Origin: Porphyromonadaceae bacterium UBA7180 | GTDB lineage: Bacteria; Bacteroidota; Bacteroidia; Bacteroidales; Muribaculaceae | DNA: 64,000 bases | Direction of reading: 5' to 3' | NCBI GenBank assembly: GCA_002491165.1 | Contig: DKVK01000060.1 | Location: 33,808-97,807 of the forward strand | Part shown: positions 61,853 through 64,000 of the stretch, piece after piece | How the letters are laid out: the number at the start of each line of letters is the position of its first letter | Numbering within the stretch: the first letter of the stretch is position 1 | Translations under genes and position numbers: made by a program | Notes under the pieces: model-generated | The model's input: the letters and a program-made list of their open reading frames with translations, nothing else | What the model was told of the DNA's origin: nothing | Databases searched by the model: none

Positions 61853-63496
61853 ATGTCAAAATTCTTTAAAAGAAATATAACCCGCCTACTCACGTTCCTT
61901 ACCGTAGGATGCGTCGCCGCATTCGCTTTCTCCATCAACGCCAAACAGAAATCCAAGGATTTCGTCGTGGTAATCGACGCCGGCCACGGCGGCAAGGACG
62001 TCGGCGCCGAAGACAACGGTGTGTTCGAGAAGGATGTCAACCTCCAGATAGCCAAACGGCTCGAGGAGAACCTGAAAAAGAAAAAAGGCTACAAGGTAAT
62101 CATGACTCGCACGGGCGACAAGGCCGTCACCCTGAAAGAACGTGCCGAAAAAGCCAACAAGGCGAAAGCCGACCTCTTCATCTCCATACACTGCAATTCC
62201 CTGGACCAAGACAACGCCAACCGAAGCAAAGTGGAAGGCGCCATGACTTTCACCCTCGGCCCGACGGGCGAGGAGGCCAACCGCAAAGTGGCGAGACGCG
62301 AGAACATGGTCATCGAAATAGAGAAAAACAAGGAAGTCTACGAGAACTACGATCCTGACAGCGACGAGTCCCACATAGCCTTCGAAATGGCTCATAAGGA
62401 AGACCTTAACCGCAGTATCGGCCTTGCGGAACTGATTCAGAAGAACCTGCTCGGCACAGCGGGACGCCAGGACCGCGGCGTGCAGCAGGCCGGCTTCCTT
62501 GTGCTCCGCGAAACGGCAATGCCCGCGGTGCTCGTGGAGTGCGACTTCCTCTGCAACGCCAACTCGGCAAAATATCTGGGCAGCTCGTCTGGCCAGAAAA
62601 AGATAGCGCAAGGTATCGCCACCGCCGTAGTGCAGTATCGCGAGCAACTCAGGAAATACGGCGACCGCGCCTTCCAGGACGTAGGCGAAGACACCGACTC
62701 CGGCGAAGTCTTTGTGCTGAGAAACCGCCAGTCTTCTTCGCGACGCACCTCAGCGCCTACAGCCTCAGCCACCACTTCGCGCAACCGCCAAAGCACCCAG
62801 CCTCGCCGGCGCCGTTCCGCCGAAGCATGCCGCGCCTCGGCGGAACGCAACCTTGCGACCGACCACATAGAAGTGCGTCTGGAAAATGAAGAATCCCAGG
62901 GCCGCGTCTCCCGCCAGCTCACCAGCGACTCCGCCCCGGCCGCCTCTGCGAAGAAAGCCGCGACTCCGGCTCCCGCCACAAATGAAACAAAAACGGTAGC
63001 AAAGAAGGAGAACAAAAAACAGGAGGACAAAAAGGACAAGAAGAAGGAAGAGAAAAAGAAAGACAATAAGAATAACGGCGACGAAGAGGAGACCCGCATC
63101 GTCAACGGCCACAAAGTAGTGATAAGCCACACCGAACCGGGCGACGACACACGTTCCCTTAAATCGAGAAAAGAAAACGGCACCACGCAGCAGGCACAAC
63201 CCTCGGCCCAGCCACGCACACGCCGGGAGACAGCAAATAAAGAGGAAATCTCCACTGATGAAATCTCAGCCGACGACGTTCCTGCCGAAGAGCCGGACGA
63301 AGAACCCGCCGAGGAGGTGAAACCTGAAAAGAAAGCCAAACAGCAGCAGGCAGCTAAAACCGAAAAAGAAAACAAACATCAGCAAGCAGCAAAAACTGAA
63401 AACGAAAAGAAATACCGGGAAACCATCGAGAGGAAAAGCGAAAGCAACCCTCCCCGCTCTCTGAAAAGCAAGAGAACGCGTAAACCTCTCCTATAA
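61853..63496 (+). CDS. N-acetylmuramoyl-L-alanine amidase (Amidase_3) with long disordered C-tail
   Basis: IDAGHGGKD, EKDVNL, ISIHCN, MPAVLVE; last ~280 aa low complexity. Confidence 0.9.
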   Translation: MSKFFKRNITRLLTFLTVGCVAAFAFSINAKQKSKDFVVVIDAGHGGKDVGAEDNGVFEKDVNLQIAKRLEENLKKKKGYKVIMTRTGDKAVTLKERAEKANKAKADLFISIHCNSLDQDNANRSKVEGAMTFTLGPTGEEANRKVARRENMVIEIEKNKEVYENYDPDSDESHIAFEMAHKEDLNRSIGLAELIQKNLLGTAGRQDRGVQQAGFLVLRETAMPAVLVECDFLCNANSAKYLGSSSGQKKIAQGIATAVVQYREQLRKYGDRAFQDVGEDTDSGEVFVLRNRQSSSRRTSAPTASATTSRNRQSTQPRRRRSAEACRASAERNLATDHIEVRLENEESQGRVSRQLTSDSAPAASAKKAATPAPATNETKTVAKKENKKQEDKKDKKKEEKKKDNKNNGDEEETRIVNGHKVVISHTEPGDDTRSLKSRKENGTTQQAQPSAQPRTRRETANKEEISTDEISADDVPAEEPDEEPAEEVKPEKKAKQQQAAKTEKENKHQQAAKTENEKKYRETIERKSESNPPRSLKSKRTRKPLL

Positions 63497-63558
63497 GCAT
63501 TTCGTTAAAACCAATGGTGAGAAGCTGCTAAACATAACCACATCCACACCCACAGGAA

Positions 63559-64000
63559 ATGAAAAAATTATCGTCAAAAGAGTTCATTATCGGGCTTTGC
63601 GTCATCGGAGCCCTCGTCATACTGTTCTTCGGAATAGATTACCTGAAAGGTATAAACCTCTTCAAACCGGCCAACTTCTACGTCGCCAACTACGACAATG
63701 TGGCCGGACTGGAAGTAGCGTCGCCGGTGACCATCGACGGTTACAAGGTGGGCCAGGTACGCGAAATCAACTTCAACTACGAGAATCCCGGGAAAATAGA
63801 GGTGATCCTCGCGCTTAACAAGGACCTGCAGATTCCCGAAGGTTCGGTGGCCACCATCGGCAGCAGCCTGCTGGGCGGGGGCTCCATCAACCTGACGCTC
63901 GGCAAATCTAAGAAGATGATTCCCGTGGGCGGCGAGATAGGGACCAACGCCGCGCCCGACCTCATGGCATCGCTCAGCAAAGACATAATGCCGTCGGTCA
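63559..64000 (+). CDS. MlaD/MCE family protein (partial, runs off the window)
   Basis: MKKLSSKEFIIGLCVIGALVILFFGIDYLKG...VAGLEVASPVTIDGYKVGQV...LLGG; open to the window end. Confidence 0.88.
   Translation, partial: MKKLSSKEFIIGLCVIGALVILFFGIDYLKGINLFKPANFYVANYDNVAGLEVASPVTIDGYKVGQVREINFNYENPGKIEVILALNKDLQIPEGSVATIGSSLLGGGSINLTLGKSKKMIPVGGEIGTNAAPDLMASLSKDIMPSV

Overview
A GC-rich Bacteroidales chromosomal segment. Muribaculaceae is my inference, from gene style and many TTTG-N19/20-TAnnTTTG promoters. It holds about 54 protein genes, mostly housekeeping: GH97/susB, rlmD, hisS, mlaEF, kdsC, maf, clpB, DPP5, rarA, engB, the purH-mreBCD-mrdA-rodA operon, gyrA, clpC, an amidase and a partial mlaD. 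I saw no rRNA, tRNA, CRISPR array or transposase. Main unusual signals: (1) a tightly packed operon of membrane Ser/Thr kinase, exported RCC1 propeller, SWIM-SNF2 ATPase with a Tyr/acidic cluster, and a triply frameshifted AT-rich LRR gene (37.4-44.1 kb); (2) a ~380-nt structured leader with mutually exclusive long-range pairings in front of a mosaic membrane-protein/lipoprotein pair (52.0-53.6 kb), next to a second ~110-nt branched hairpin; (3) sigma54-type promoters at both Clp ATPase genes; (4) a lower-GC divergent pabCB/pabA cassette with probable leaderless transcripts; (5) an unannotated 53-aa acidic ORF; (6) dispersed 9-bp-periodic intergenic arrays and an inverted-repeat/operator array. 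All function calls come from motif recognition by eye; no database searches or folding programs were run.
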